A DNA stretch of 64,000 bases from Chitinophagales bacterium (GTDB lineage Bacteria; Bacteroidota; Bacteroidia; Chitinophagales; UBA10324): the NCBI GenBank assembly GCA_025056305.1, contig JANWWJ010000041.1, forward strand, positions 302 through 64,301. The letters are read 5' to 3'. How positions within the stretch are numbered: the first letter of the stretch is position 1; every line of letters begins with the position of its first letter. Both the position numbers and the translations under genes were made by a program. Below, one piece after another: positions 33,116 to 43,164 of this stretch. Below the pieces are notes generated by a model. It was not told where the DNA came from, searched no databases, and saw only the letters and a program-made list of their open reading frames with translations.

Positions 33116-35226
33116 GACAAAAGCTGAAACGTAATCAGGCTACCCAGATAAGCCAGGCCTGTGAGGTAGGCCAATTGAATAAGGGGCCATTTCCATGTAT
33201 GGGTTTCACGGCGCACCACAGCCAAAGTGCTCATGCACTGCATGGCCAGAGCGAAAAAGATCATCAGCGAAAAGGCCGTGGCCACAGAATAAGTAGGCTG
33301 GCCGGTGTGTGGGTTACGTTCTTGGCGCATGCGCTGGCGCAGCACGTCCAGCCCGCTGTCTTCACCAGCTCCGGTACTGTAGATAGTAGCCATGGTTCCG
33401 ACAAACACTTCGCGCGCGGCAAAGGAGGTCAACAAGGCAATGCCGATTTTCCAATCAAAACCCAAAGGCGCAATCAACGGCTCCAACACTTTTCCGATGT
33501 GGCCTGCATAGCTAGCTTCTAACTTGTGGGTGCGTAGCCACTCTTCAGCTTCAACCGGTGATGCGGCTTGCTGGCGAAGCTGCACGTAGCGTTCATCCAC
33601 GTCTCGCATCGCTTGCGGCGGGCCGTATGAGGCCAGAAACCACAGCACCACGCTGATAGCAACAATAATCTTTCCCGCATCGGTGATAAAGACCTTTCCC
33701 TTTTCAATCATGGTCAGCACTACATTTTTCCATCGAGGCCAGCGATAAATCGGCAATTCCGTGACGTAATAGCTCAGTTCATTAACCTTGATGAAAAATT
33801 GAAATACAAAGCCTACAAGAAAAGCCATCACCCATCCAAATAGATACATAGCCAGCAAAACCAAACCTTGCAGGTGAAACAAGCCCCATAGCCGGGTGTC
33901 GGGAACGGCAAAGCCTATGAGTAGGGTGTAAACCGGTAAACGGGCCGAACAGCTCATCAAGGGGGTGACGAGAATGGTAATGAGCCGGTCACGCTGAAGC
34001 TCAATGTTGCGTGCACTCATGATGGCTGGTACGGCGCATGCCATGCCACTGACCAAAGGCAAGGTGCTTTTGCCGCTCATGCCCATGCGCCGCATCAGGC
34101 GATCCATCAAAAAGCTGACGCGCGTCATGTAGCCGGTATCTTCCAGCACGGTGATGAAGCCAAACAAAATCATGATTTGAGGCAGAAAAACGACTACGCC
34201 CCCGATACCGGATAAAATCCCCTCAATTAATAAATCGGTAAGTACACCTGCGGGTAGCACGGCCGCAAGCAGCCGCTTCAGATGGTTGATGGATGCATCG
34301 ATGGCTTCCATAGGATATTGAGCCCAGGAAAACACCGCCTGAAAGACCAAAAGAAAAATGATCAACAGGATGACGTACCCGCCGATGGGATGCAGCAAAA
34401 GCGCATCGATACGCCGCGTCGCATCCAGCATTGGTGAAGGCTGAAGGGCCTGACGTGTCACTTCATCCAAAAGGTGACGGATACGTTCGTAACGACGTAA
34501 GGTCTCTTCAGCCTGAAAGCGAGCCGCCGAAAAATGATGTGTTTCCAACAGATGGCGAATGCGCGCTTTTTGTTCTGCTTGGAAACAATAAAAATTAATA
34601 TAATGACATGCAATCTGTAATGCCGCGTAAGGTGCTCGGGCACCTGTCAGTTGCTGTAACGGTTGGATTAAGTCAGGTGCCAGTGCAGATACATCTAAAA
34701 AATCCGATGCAGGTGCTTTGAGCCTCGTTTGTATGGCACGCTTTAGCTCATTGATTCCCTTTCCTTCTCTTGCATTGATGGGAATCACCTTCACACCCAG
34801 CAAGCGCGACAACTTCAGGGTATCTATGGCCAGGCCGGAAGCACGAGCTACATCAACCATGTTCAGGGCAATAACCGCAGGGATACGCAAATCCAACACC
34901 TGCGAACACAACAACAAGCTTCGCTTCAGGTTGGTAGCATCGGCTACCAGAATGATGAGATCGGGGTGTACCTCGTTTTCTGAATTTAGTAATACGTCAA
35001 AAGTGATAAACTCATCGATGCGGCGGGGATGCAGGCTATATATGCCCGGCAAATCGATGACCTCCACTACCTCATGTTGCGACAGGACCAGCCATCCGCT
35101 GTGCTTGTCCACAGTTACGCCCGGAAAGTTGCCAACCTTTTGCCGAAGACCTGTAAGTAGATTAAACAGGGAAGATTTGCCGCTGTTAGGGCTGCCGACC
35201 AATGCAATTCGCTTAAACCGGCCCAA
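33112..35226 (-). CDS. feoB: Ferrous iron transport protein B
   Basis: The N-terminal G domain has GSPNSGKSSLFNLLTG, DLPG and NMVD. It is followed by Gate-domain membrane regions. 704 aa. Confidence 0.93.
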   Translation of the reverse strand: MGRFKRIALVGSPNSGKSSLFNLLTGLRQKVGNFPGVTVDKHSGWLVLSQHEVVEVIDLPGIYSLHPRRIDEFITFDVLLNSENEVHPDLIILVADATNLKRSLLLCSQVLDLRIPAVIALNMVDVARASGLAIDTLKLSRLLGVKVIPINAREGKGINELKRAIQTRLKAPASDFLDVSALAPDLIQPLQQLTGARAPYAALQIACHYINFYCFQAEQKARIRHLLETHHFSAARFQAEETLRRYERIRHLLDEVTRQALQPSPMLDATRRIDALLLHPIGGYVILLIIFLLVFQAVFSWAQYPMEAIDASINHLKRLLAAVLPAGVLTDLLIEGILSGIGGVVVFLPQIMILFGFITVLEDTGYMTRVSFLMDRLMRRMGMSGKSTLPLVSGMACAVPAIMSARNIELQRDRLITILVTPLMSCSARLPVYTLLIGFAVPDTRLWGLFHLQGLVLLAMYLFGWVMAFLVGFVFQFFIKVNELSYYVTELPIYRWPRWKNVVLTMIEKGKVFITDAGKIIVAISVVLWFLASYGPPQAMRDVDERYVQLRQQAASPVEAEEWLRTHKLEASYAGHIGKVLEPLIAPLGFDWKIGIALLTSFAAREVFVGTMATIYSTGAGEDSGLDVLRQRMRQERNPHTGQPTYSVATAFSLMIFFALAMQCMSTLAVVRRETHTWKWPLIQLAYLTGLAYLGSLITFQLLS

Positions 35227-35239
35227 TTTCCGTCACTTG

Positions 35240-35479
35240 TCAAGGCTCCACCAGCACGACCTGAGCTTCTTCCTTGCGTAAGCTCAGTAAGCTGTTGCCC
35301 ACTTTAACCGAAATAGGATCGCCCCACAAAGCCACATGCTCCACCCGAACCGTTTCGCCGGGCAACAAGCCCATTTCCATCAACTTAACCGACAGTTCTC
35401 CTTCCGGCAGCTCCTGGATTATGCCGCGCTGTCCTTTCTTTAATTCGGCAAGGCTAATCAGCTGATTCCGCTTCTTCAT
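35240..35479 (-). CDS. feoA: Ferrous iron transport protein A
   Basis: The SH3-like FeoA pattern LSLAELKKGQRGIIQEL...LMEMGLLPGETVRVEHV lies directly upstream of feoB. The start is at MKKRNQ (alternative 35485). Confidence 0.85.
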   Translation of the reverse strand: MKKRNQLISLAELKKGQRGIIQELPEGELSVKLMEMGLLPGETVRVEHVALWGDPISVKVGNSLLSLRKEEAQVVLVEP

Positions 35480-35731
35480 CCCCATCACAATATTAACGAA
35501 CAAAAACACCCGAACATTTTTAAAGACCTATTTAACTACTGCGCAAATGCTGTTAACAGAAAGATACCTTGTAAGGAAGCTGACCAAAGGAAGGGCATGG
35601 CTTGCATTTTTTCTTGGAAGCTGCGCAGGCATGCAAGGTTATTAATGCAAGCAGTAATAGTAGCTTTAGCCACCGTTGTCGCTGCAGCAACACAGGCATC
35701 AAAATCAATTATAGTGCAAAGTTCAGCATTC

Positions 35732-36877
35732 ATGAATAATGCCAATAGGCGCAGGAAAGTGCTGATCATTCCTCTGAATTGGGGCCTAGGACATGCCACG
35801 CGCATGACGGTGGTGGCCCGGATCTTGTCGGAAATGGGTGCGGAGGTAACGGTGGCGGCATCAGGGGCTGCGCGTCGTGTTATGGAATGCGAATTACCAC
35901 ACCTTCGGTTTGTGCCCCTCAGCGGCTTTGAGATGAAATACTACAGGCGGCTACCTGCCGTGCTTTCGATACTATGTCAACTTCCCCTATGGTTTTGGTC
36001 GCTGTATCAGGACCGGCGCCTCTTTTTGCATCTGCTGCAGCGCGAATCTTTCGACCTCATTATCTCCGACAACCACTTTGGCTGCCACTCTAAAAAACAC
36101 ACCAGCATCATCATCACGCATCAGATCAGGATTTTGCTTCCCTGGTATTTGCGACCCTTTGAGCCATTAGTGGGTTATATAAACCGTCGTTTGATCAATC
36201 GGTTTAGCGAATGTTGGGTGCCTGACGTTGCACACGGCGACGGTCTTTCCGGACGGCTTGCCCGTGGCGTCCCCCTGGGCATACCGGTGCAATATGCAGG
36301 TCCGTTGTCGCGCCTGCGGCCGTGTCAGGCTTCGCCCAAACGCTGGGATGTGCTGCTTTTGCTATCAGGACCAGAACCCATGCGCAGCCGTTTTGAGCAT
36401 TTGTTGCGTCAACAACTTAAAACTTTACCTATTAAAGCTTTGTTGATAAGAGGCACCAAAGGCGTTGTTGACCAGATAAGAAGGGAAGAGCAACATCTGC
36501 ATGTGGCAGACTTTCTTACCACACCACGCTTGCAAGAAGAGCTGTGCGCTGCTCAAGTCGTGGTGTGCCGCAGCGGATATAGTACGTTAATGGATTTACA
36601 ACGCTGCAAAATAGCTGCCGTAGTTGTGGCTACGCCGGGTCAGCCTGAACAGGAATATCTGGCTTTCCATCTAAACCAACTCGGTATTTGCCATGCCGTA
36701 CGCCAAAGTTGCCTTGATCTGAAAAAGGCACTTGCGCAAGCGCACCGTTATCATGGCTGGCAGGCTTTGCCTGATAGCGATCGATGGCAAAACCTGCTGG
36801 CAGAAAAACTGGGTGTGCCTAATCCCACAGCGGCAACGGCTCCAGATGTACCGCTCGACCAAAAAACAATTGGGTAG
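35732..36877 (+). CDS. GT-B fold glycosyltransferase (MurG/GT28/GT1-like)
   Basis: The N-terminus is KVLIIPLNWGLGHATR and the C-terminal half is VVCRSGYSTLMDL....VVATPGQPEQ. ATG 35732 is chosen. The 3' end overlaps murI by 59 nt. Confidence 0.7.
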   Translation: MNNANRRRKVLIIPLNWGLGHATRMTVVARILSEMGAEVTVAASGAARRVMECELPHLRFVPLSGFEMKYYRRLPAVLSILCQLPLWFWSLYQDRRLFLHLLQRESFDLIISDNHFGCHSKKHTSIIITHQIRILLPWYLRPFEPLVGYINRRLINRFSECWVPDVAHGDGLSGRLARGVPLGIPVQYAGPLSRLRPCQASPKRWDVLLLLSGPEPMRSRFEHLLRQQLKTLPIKALLIRGTKGVVDQIRREEQHLHVADFLTTPRLQEELCAAQVVVCRSGYSTLMDLQRCKIAAVVVATPGQPEQEYLAFHLNQLGICHAVRQSCLDLKKALAQAHRYHGWQALPDSDRWQNLLAEKLGVPNPTAATAPDVPLDQKTIG

Positions 36878-37628
36878 TTTTTTCGAATGATTCTGTATAG
36901 TCCGTTACATAAAATCGATGATTGGCATCGCCCGGCGGCGCCAGCTGCCGGCGCATAGCCAACTGCTGAGCTAATTGCTGCGCCACCGGCCCAGTCGAAT
37001 CAAACACTTTAACGCTATGTTGAAAAAACTGTTCCACTTCGGCGCGAATCAGCGGATAATGCGTGCACGCAAGAATAAGGGCATCGATGTCCATGAAATC
37101 AGGATATCGCAGATAATTTTCAATTATCGTCCGGGAAACCTGATTGTTGTAAAAACCCTCTTCGATCATGCTGGCCAAAAGGGCAGTGGCTAAAGAAACG
37201 GTTTCGATATCGGGCCGAAGTTGTTTCAGCTTTTGATCATACACGTGAGAACGGATGGTGGCCCGTGTGCCGATGATTCCCACCTTGTGAAGCGCAGCAT
37301 CGGCGGCTACCGCAGCAACGATTGGGTCAATGACATTGATGACCGGTATGCGGCCATTCACCAGCCGAGCAACCTGCAGATAAGCTAAAGCCGAAGCCGT
37401 ATTACAGGCAATGACTAAAGCCTTACACGACTGATTCAATAAAAACGTGGTGATGCGTAAGGCATAATGCTGCACCGCTTCCGGCGATTTTTCCCCATAG
37501 GGCAAATGGGCAGTATCGCCAACATACAGGATGCTTTCCCCCGGTAAAAGGTTGGCAATGGCCCGCGCCACCGTTAGGCCACCAATACCACTATCAAAAA
37601 TGCCGATAGGGGCCTGCTGCAACAACAA
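36819..37628 (-). CDS. murI: Glutamate racemase
   Basis: IGIFDSGIGGLTV, ACNTAS and CTHYPL motifs. TTG start immediately after the skp stop. Confidence 0.92.
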   Translation of the reverse strand: MLLQQAPIGIFDSGIGGLTVARAIANLLPGESILYVGDTAHLPYGEKSPEAVQHYALRITTFLLNQSCKALVIACNTASALAYLQVARLVNGRIPVINVIDPIVAAVAADAALHKVGIIGTRATIRSHVYDQKLKQLRPDIETVSLATALLASMIEEGFYNNQVSRTIIENYLRYPDFMDIDALILACTHYPLIRAEVEQFFQHSVKVFDSTGPVAQQLAQQLAMRRQLAPPGDANHRFYVTDYTESFEKTTQLFFGRAVHLEPLPLWD

Positions 37629-38135
37629 CTATTTAAGGCCCAGCTTCTTTTTTACCAGCGGCATGATATCGTCGCTGGGTTGTGCGTAAATAACAGCACC
37701 GGCGCTGGTATCAAAAACGTAGGAAAACCCGTTTTCTTTTGCCACAGCCTTTATGGCATCTTCCGCTTTTTTCAGTATAGGCGTATACAGCTCTTCTTTC
37801 TTCGCTTGAAAACGATCCTGAGCTGTCTGCTGAAAGTCTGTGATGCGTCGCTGCAGGTCTGCAATTTCTTGTTGCTTCACTTCACGAATGGCATCGGCCA
37901 TCGTGGCCTCATTCTTCTGATACTCGGCAAGCTTCATCTGATATTCATTGAGCATAGTCTGGTTTGCCTCCTCCAACTGTTTCTGGTATGCCAACAGGCT
38001 GCTGTCAGCTTTTTTTATTTCCGGCATCATTTGCAACAGCTCAGCCGAATTGACATGCCCAAACTTGATAGGTTGAGCATTCGACATGGAAGCCCCCAGC
38101 AGGGCCAAAGCAGTAATGATAAGTCTATTTCGCAT
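37629..38135 (-). CDS. OmpH/Skp-family periplasmic chaperone
   Basis: Signal peptide MRNRLIITALALLGASMSNAQ. K/E/Q-rich coiled-coil body in the conserved position between bamA and murI. Confidence 0.85.
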   Translation of the reverse strand: MRNRLIITALALLGASMSNAQPIKFGHVNSAELLQMMPEIKKADSSLLAYQKQLEEANQTMLNEYQMKLAEYQKNEATMADAIREVKQQEIADLQRRITDFQQTAQDRFQAKKEELYTPILKKAEDAIKAVAKENGFSYVFDTSAGAVIYAQPSDDIMPLVKKKLGLK

Positions 38136-38221
38136 TACGACAAGATTTAGAGCTGACAAACCTAATCAACAATGCGACATCAAAAAACATCGTTTCCGAA
38201 GGTCAAGCCTTTATACCCGAC

Positions 38222-38782
38222 TTATTTAGGCACTTGTTTCTGAGGGGTGGTACCTTCGGTTTTGGGCGTTTTCGGCGTAATGCCCATGGTTTGAAGTACC
38301 TGATCACTGATGTTCAGCTTGGTATTGGCATAGAGCAGCATCGTTCCTGCTGATTTGTCCAGGACGAAATCGTATTGACGTGCAGAGGCGGTTTTTTGTA
38401 TGGCATCATAAACACGGTCTTGAATAGGTTGCACCAGCTCCTGCCGTTTTTGGAAAAGGTCGCCCTGGTAGCCGAAACGTTTCTTTTGCAACTCACGAGC
38501 CGCTTTTTCTTTTTCTTCAATTTCTTGCCGGCGCTTGGCTTTCATTTCTTCCGTGAGCAGTACCTGCTCAGCTTGAAACTGCTTGTACAGTCGGTCTATT
38601 TCGGCGTACTTCTGGTCAATTTCTTTTTGCCACTGCGCCGTCAGGTCATCGATGCGCTTCTGGGCATCCTGATACTCAGGGATGTTTTTGAGGATGTATT
38701 CCAAATCTACATAGGCTAACTTCTGGCCCTGGACCAAGGCCGGCACGAAAAGCCAACAAAACATTAGAGCAACTCGTTTCAT
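38222..38782 (-). CDS. OmpH/Skp-family periplasmic chaperone (second copy)
   Basis: Signal peptide MKRVALMFCWLFVPALVQGQ. The OmpH-like start is KLAYVDLEYILKNIPEYQ. The start is set at Met18 of the ORF. Confidence 0.85.
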   Translation of the reverse strand: MKRVALMFCWLFVPALVQGQKLAYVDLEYILKNIPEYQDAQKRIDDLTAQWQKEIDQKYAEIDRLYKQFQAEQVLLTEEMKAKRRQEIEEKEKAARELQKKRFGYQGDLFQKRQELVQPIQDRVYDAIQKTASARQYDFVLDKSAGTMLLYANTKLNISDQVLQTMGITPKTPKTEGTTPQKQVPK

Positions 38783-38792
38783 AGGACAAAGT

Positions 38793-41315
38793 TTATTCAG
38801 GTTCAAAACCAAGGACAATGCTAAACTTTCCATAGTTATTCAAGAAATCTCCAACAGTATTTACGGGGCCTGAAGGCGTACGGTCAAATCCAATGCCATA
38901 ATCAAACCCCACAATGCCAAAGATGGGCAAATAAACGCGTATGCCCAGCCCTGCCGACCGCTTGAGCTGAAACGGGTCGTATTCACTGAACGAGTACCAC
39001 GCATTGGCCGCTTCGGCCCAAGCCATGCCAAAAACATACGCGCTCGGATTAGTCGAGAATGGATAGCGTAGCTCCGCCGTGTACTTGTTGAAAATAGTAG
39101 CATACCCATCAGTGGTGTATATCTCATAGCCCCGATGGGCGATAAAGTCAATACCATAAAGCGAATAAGTTTGGGACAATCCATCACCACCCACCTGAAA
39201 ACGCTCGAACGGCGGCGCTCCAATTGCAGCATTGTAATAACCCAAAAAGCCCCCCTTTGCATTCAGGTGCAACACGAATTTTCCGGTAAGGTTGGCAAAC
39301 CATTGTGCTCCAAAACGCCACTTGTGAAACTCGATGAGCCGATACTTTTCTGAAGGGGGTAGATTGGCATAATCTTTTTTTATAAATAATGAATAAGGCG
39401 GCGTAACGGCTAAACTCAGATAAATGTTGGAACCGTAGCGGGGAAAAATGTTGTCGGGGCCGGAAGAATACCGACCAAACGTCTCCTTGACGCTGATGCT
39501 TAAGGCATTGCCATCGGTCATGAAAAAGTTATCCTGAAAATTCTTCAAATGATAATTAGAAACATTGAGTGAGGAAACCAGCGTAAAGAAATCATCAGGC
39601 CATTTGAGCTGTTTTCCGTATCCGACGCTGCTGCCCAAGGTTGCCAGGCTTCCATAGTTCGGGTCGGCCACCGGTAAGTTGTTGGTAAAGCGGGAAAAGT
39701 ATGTTCCTATGCTGAGGGAATTGGGTTTTCGCCCGCCGAGCCAAGGCTCCACAAAGCTGATATTGAATGATTGATAACGGCGACCCGTACTCTGGAAACG
39801 TATGGAAAAGGTTTGACCGTCACCTGAAGGCAGGGGCGTCCAACTCTTAGGGTTGAAAATGCCGGAAGCGGAAAAATTGTTAAAACGCAGACCCAACGAG
39901 CCGATGACACCGGCTCCGGCGCCCCAGCCGGCCGAAAGCTCAACTTGATCGGAAGGCTTTTCTTCGACGACGTAGGTCAAATCAACAGTTCCTTCCTCAG
40001 GGTGGGGATCGGTCCGAAGATCCAGCTTTTCAGGATCGAAAAAGCCCAACGCCGCAATCTCCCGGTTTGAGCGTATCACATCGGCACGGCTGAATTTGCT
40101 GCCCGGCAGGGTGCGTATTGCCCGACGGATTACCTGATCGTGAGTCTTGGTGTTTCCTTGTATGTTAACCCTGTTGATCGAGGCTTGCGATCCTTCAAAG
40201 ATGCGGATTTCTAAATCCACTGAGTCACGCTCTACGGCCACCTCTACCGGGTAAATACGGAAAAACAAATAGCCATCGTCCATATATAAAGCACTGATGT
40301 CGTCGCCTCGCGGATCGCCATTGAGCCGTTGTTGCAGATATTTTTCATTGTAAACATCACCCCGTTTGATGCGTAAGGCTGAATCCAAAAAAGCGGAACT
40401 GTATTTGGTGTTTCCGGTCCAATAGATGTTTCGATAATAATATGGATTGCCTTCCCGCAGCGTTATAGTGATCTCCAGATGGCCACGCGCGTTGCGGATA
40501 AGGGTATCGCCTAATATAGCCATGTCGCGATACCCCTTGCTGGAATAGTGTTCCAGAATTTTCTGCTTGTCTTTTTCATAAGCTTTGGAATCAAATTTTG
40601 AAATCGTGAATATGGACCACGGATACCATGTGTTTTCCTTGGTTTTTTTCATTAGTTTTTTCAATCGGCTGTCCGTAAACGCTTGATTGCCCTCGAAAAC
40701 GATGCGGTCAATTTTCACCCGTCGGCCTCGGTCAACTTCGATCAAAAACCGAATGCTGTTGGCCAGGGTCGTATCTGGAATTTGCCGAACATTCACACGA
40801 ACATCGAAAAAGCCTTTGCCGCGATAGTAGGCAGCTACCTGGTTTACGGTGTTTAGCTCCACATTGTCGGTAACAACCTTACCCCGCTGAAGATCGATTT
40901 TTTCACGCAGCTCGTTTTCTTCACTTTTACGGGTGCCTCGAAAGCTAAAGCCACTTAGGCGTGGTCGCTCCTTGAGCTCATAGCGCAACCACACCTCTGA
41001 GTCGTGAATGCTGTCCAGGTACACCGCTACATGTGCAAACAATGCCTGGCGCCAGATGTTGCGAACGGCCCTCGCTATGGCGTCGCCGGGAATTTCGATG
41101 CGGTCACCAATGCGAATGCCGGCTATGGCCCTGAGGATCTCTTTGTCGACGTAATCAGCCCCCGATACCGTGATGCCGGCAACCACATATTCTTTGGGAC
41201 GAGAGTAATCTACCCTCAAACTGTCTGAATGAAGCGGCATGGGCTGGGCAAGCCCCTTGAAGCTGCCCGCTAAAAACACGAGCAGCACGGCTTGCGAAGC
41301 CCATCGGACGCTCAT
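38793..41315 (-). CDS. bamA: Outer membrane protein assembly factor BamA
   Basis: 840 aa with multiple POTRA repeats and an Omp85 barrel. The ATG overlaps the uppS stop (ATGA). The uppS-bamA-skp-skp-murI order is the conserved one. Confidence 0.93.
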   Translation of the reverse strand: MSVRWASQAVLLVFLAGSFKGLAQPMPLHSDSLRVDYSRPKEYVVAGITVSGADYVDKEILRAIAGIRIGDRIEIPGDAIARAVRNIWRQALFAHVAVYLDSIHDSEVWLRYELKERPRLSGFSFRGTRKSEENELREKIDLQRGKVVTDNVELNTVNQVAAYYRGKGFFDVRVNVRQIPDTTLANSIRFLIEVDRGRRVKIDRIVFEGNQAFTDSRLKKLMKKTKENTWYPWSIFTISKFDSKAYEKDKQKILEHYSSKGYRDMAILGDTLIRNARGHLEITITLREGNPYYYRNIYWTGNTKYSSAFLDSALRIKRGDVYNEKYLQQRLNGDPRGDDISALYMDDGYLFFRIYPVEVAVERDSVDLEIRIFEGSQASINRVNIQGNTKTHDQVIRRAIRTLPGSKFSRADVIRSNREIAALGFFDPEKLDLRTDPHPEEGTVDLTYVVEEKPSDQVELSAGWGAGAGVIGSLGLRFNNFSASGIFNPKSWTPLPSGDGQTFSIRFQSTGRRYQSFNISFVEPWLGGRKPNSLSIGTYFSRFTNNLPVADPNYGSLATLGSSVGYGKQLKWPDDFFTLVSSLNVSNYHLKNFQDNFFMTDGNALSISVKETFGRYSSGPDNIFPRYGSNIYLSLAVTPPYSLFIKKDYANLPPSEKYRLIEFHKWRFGAQWFANLTGKFVLHLNAKGGFLGYYNAAIGAPPFERFQVGGDGLSQTYSLYGIDFIAHRGYEIYTTDGYATIFNKYTAELRYPFSTNPSAYVFGMAWAEAANAWYSFSEYDPFQLKRSAGLGIRVYLPIFGIVGFDYGIGFDRTPSGPVNTVGDFLNNYGKFSIVLGFEPE

Positions 41316-42058
41316 AAGGCTTTAATTTGTTCACTGGTCATGCCAAAGCGCCGCTCCCGTTTTTGAAATTCCAGAATAGCTTCAAACAAATCTTCCTTGG
41401 AAAAATCAGGCCAAAGTACTGGCGTAAAATACAGTTCGGCATAGGCCAGTTGCCACAGCAAAAAATTACTCAGCCGCATTTCGCCGCTGGTGCGAATCAT
41501 AAGCTCCGGAAAGGGAATACCTGCCGTTTGCAAGGCAGCACTGATGGTGGCATCGGTAATTTCTTCCGGATCCAGGCTGCCTTCCTGCACCTGATAGGCC
41601 AGCTTGCGCATAGCCTCAGTCAATTCCCACTTGCTGCTGTAATTGACTGCCAAAATCAAATTGAGCCCTGTATTGAGGCGGCTGCAGGCCACAGCTTCCT
41701 CCAATTCGCGCGCACATTTTGCAGGCAACCCCTTCAAATCGCCTATAGTTCGCAACCGGATGTTATGGGCCATGAGCGTTTTCAGCTCCCGGTGAATGGT
41801 TTCCACCATCAGCTCCATGAGGGCATCTACTTCTTGGCGCGGCCGAGCCCAGTTTTCCGTTGAAAAAGCATACAAAGTGAGATAGGGAATACTTAGTTCC
41901 GAACAACCTTCAGCGGCTGCACGCACAGCAGCTATGGCATTGCGATGTCCGAAAATGCGCTCTTCGCCTTGTCGACGCGCCCATCGCCCGTTCCCATCCA
42001 TGATGATGGCTATGTGTTGCGGCAAACGGGTCCGGTCAATGAGGTCAACAAGCGCCAT
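41312..42058 (-). CDS. uppS: Isoprenyl transferase (undecaprenyl-diphosphate synthase)
   Basis: HIAIIMDGNGRWA and RTSGEMRLSNFLLWQLAYAELYF motifs. Confidence 0.93.
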   Translation of the reverse strand: MALVDLIDRTRLPQHIAIIMDGNGRWARRQGEERIFGHRNAIAAVRAAAEGCSELSIPYLTLYAFSTENWARPRQEVDALMELMVETIHRELKTLMAHNIRLRTIGDLKGLPAKCARELEEAVACSRLNTGLNLILAVNYSSKWELTEAMRKLAYQVQEGSLDPEEITDATISAALQTAGIPFPELMIRTSGEMRLSNFLLWQLAYAELYFTPVLWPDFSKEDLFEAILEFQKRERRFGMTSEQIKAL

Positions 42059-42104
42059 AAATCAAGCCGACGAAATTAGCCATTTCCTCCCGTGCTCCCG
42101 GCCG

Positions 42105-42968
42105 TCACTGACGGTACGGACAACGGTATGGCCTGATGGTGAAAGAAACACCGATTGCTACCAAAAGATAATCATCGTTTTTAGAGGCATCGCCGCGCAT
42201 CATGCCCGGTTTTCCTATGGGCTCCCCAACGACGTCTTCCGAAGGGTCGGCTAGGTAGGCCACCATGGGTCCGCCTTCGAAGAAAAGCACTACCGGGTCT
42301 GCATATACACCACTGACATCGTCCAGATAGTCTGTGGAAGATTTGCGAATGCCGGCTTCGGCAAACATGCCTATGCGTCGGTTAACACGCCACTTAAACC
42401 CACCTCCCACTACAAAAGCAGTGGTGGTACGCTTATAGCGCTTCAGTTCGGGATATTGCGAATAGCCTTGACCTTCCGTACCCAAGGGTTGCAATCGAAC
42501 TTTTTCACCACCGTAATGAACCATCGGATTGAAATGAAATACCGAAAAACCTGAAAACAAATAAGGGCTGAAAAAATGCGGGTCGGTGTGTGAGCTGTTG
42601 CTGGTATTGTAGTAAGGAAGAAAGTTGAACTCTGCCTGTAGTGTTCCTTCAGTAATCGGTGAGAAAAAACGCAAGTTACGGACGCGGTGTATGTAGTCGG
42701 GAGAAAAAGCGTCATCGCCCCAGATGTGGCCTCGCCCACCACTGAGTCGAAACGACAGGCGTTCGTCGAGGTTGTAACGCAAATAGAACCCTGCTGCCGG
42801 ACCAAAAAACCGCAGGCTGGTATGCAGGTTTAAATCACCAAAGTAGCCGGTGCCGCCGGCCCACGGGCCATAATCCCAACGCTGCCCCCTGGCATTAACT
42901 GCCAGCAAGGTGCAGATTACACACGCCAACCAACCCCGCAAAAGCATAATGCAAAAACGCTGAGACAC
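42105..42968 (-). CDS. Outer-membrane beta-barrel protein of unknown function (porin/OmpA-like barrel; possibly the DUF6089-type family usually found beside uppS)
   Basis: It has a signal peptide and an alternating-strand pattern, and is Gly/aromatic rich. The family name is recalled from memory and has not been verified. Confidence 0.55.
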   Translation of the reverse strand: MSQRFCIMLLRGWLACVICTLLAVNARGQRWDYGPWAGGTGYFGDLNLHTSLRFFGPAAGFYLRYNLDERLSFRLSGGRGHIWGDDAFSPDYIHRVRNLRFFSPITEGTLQAEFNFLPYYNTSNSSHTDPHFFSPYLFSGFSVFHFNPMVHYGGEKVRLQPLGTEGQGYSQYPELKRYKRTTTAFVVGGGFKWRVNRRIGMFAEAGIRKSSTDYLDDVSGVYADPVVLFFEGGPMVAYLADPSEDVVGEPIGKPGMMRGDASKNDDYLLVAIGVSFTIRPYRCPYRQ

Positions 42969-43164
42969 CCCCGCATGTTTTTTTCAAAGTTAGCAGCAAT
43001 AGGATTAACAAAATTCCTGAACGAACACAAGGCATAAGCCGCAAAACGGTTAGGTAGCCCCACCATTGGCATGAGTAAAGAAAATTGTTATATGAAAATT
43101 ATCTTTTACTTCACTTCTCAGCAGGAATTTCCTACGCGCCGGAGCCGAAGAGCAAAGAGCTGCA

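Noticed and set aside
34718-35281. 187-aa + strand ORF opposite feoB/feoA. Similar cases are 37680-38150 (+) opposite skp, 41327-41863 (+) opposite uppS, 53672-54298 (-) opposite the 701-aa cargo gene, and 14945-15385 (-) opposite SusC.
   Set aside because: All are embedded antisense to genes with clear family signatures and show no motifs of their own.
35480-35731. Fur box upstream of feoAB
   Set aside because: I looked for a 7-1-7 AATnATT-centred palindrome or the 12078-type motif. I found only short AT palindromes (AATATT, ATTAAT) and a TGCAAG direct repeat. That is not enough to call an operator.
38755-38800. Apparent one-base discrepancy at the skp2 N-terminus and bamA stop. My hand count of the printed sequence gives CCAACAAACAT where the ORF-track translation (…MFCW…) needs CCAACAAAACAT.
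   Set aside because: This is most likely my own miscounting of an A-run. The supplied ORF track, computed from the same sequence, reads through both genes cleanly, so I do not claim a frameshift or pseudogene. CDS coordinates here follow the ORF track.
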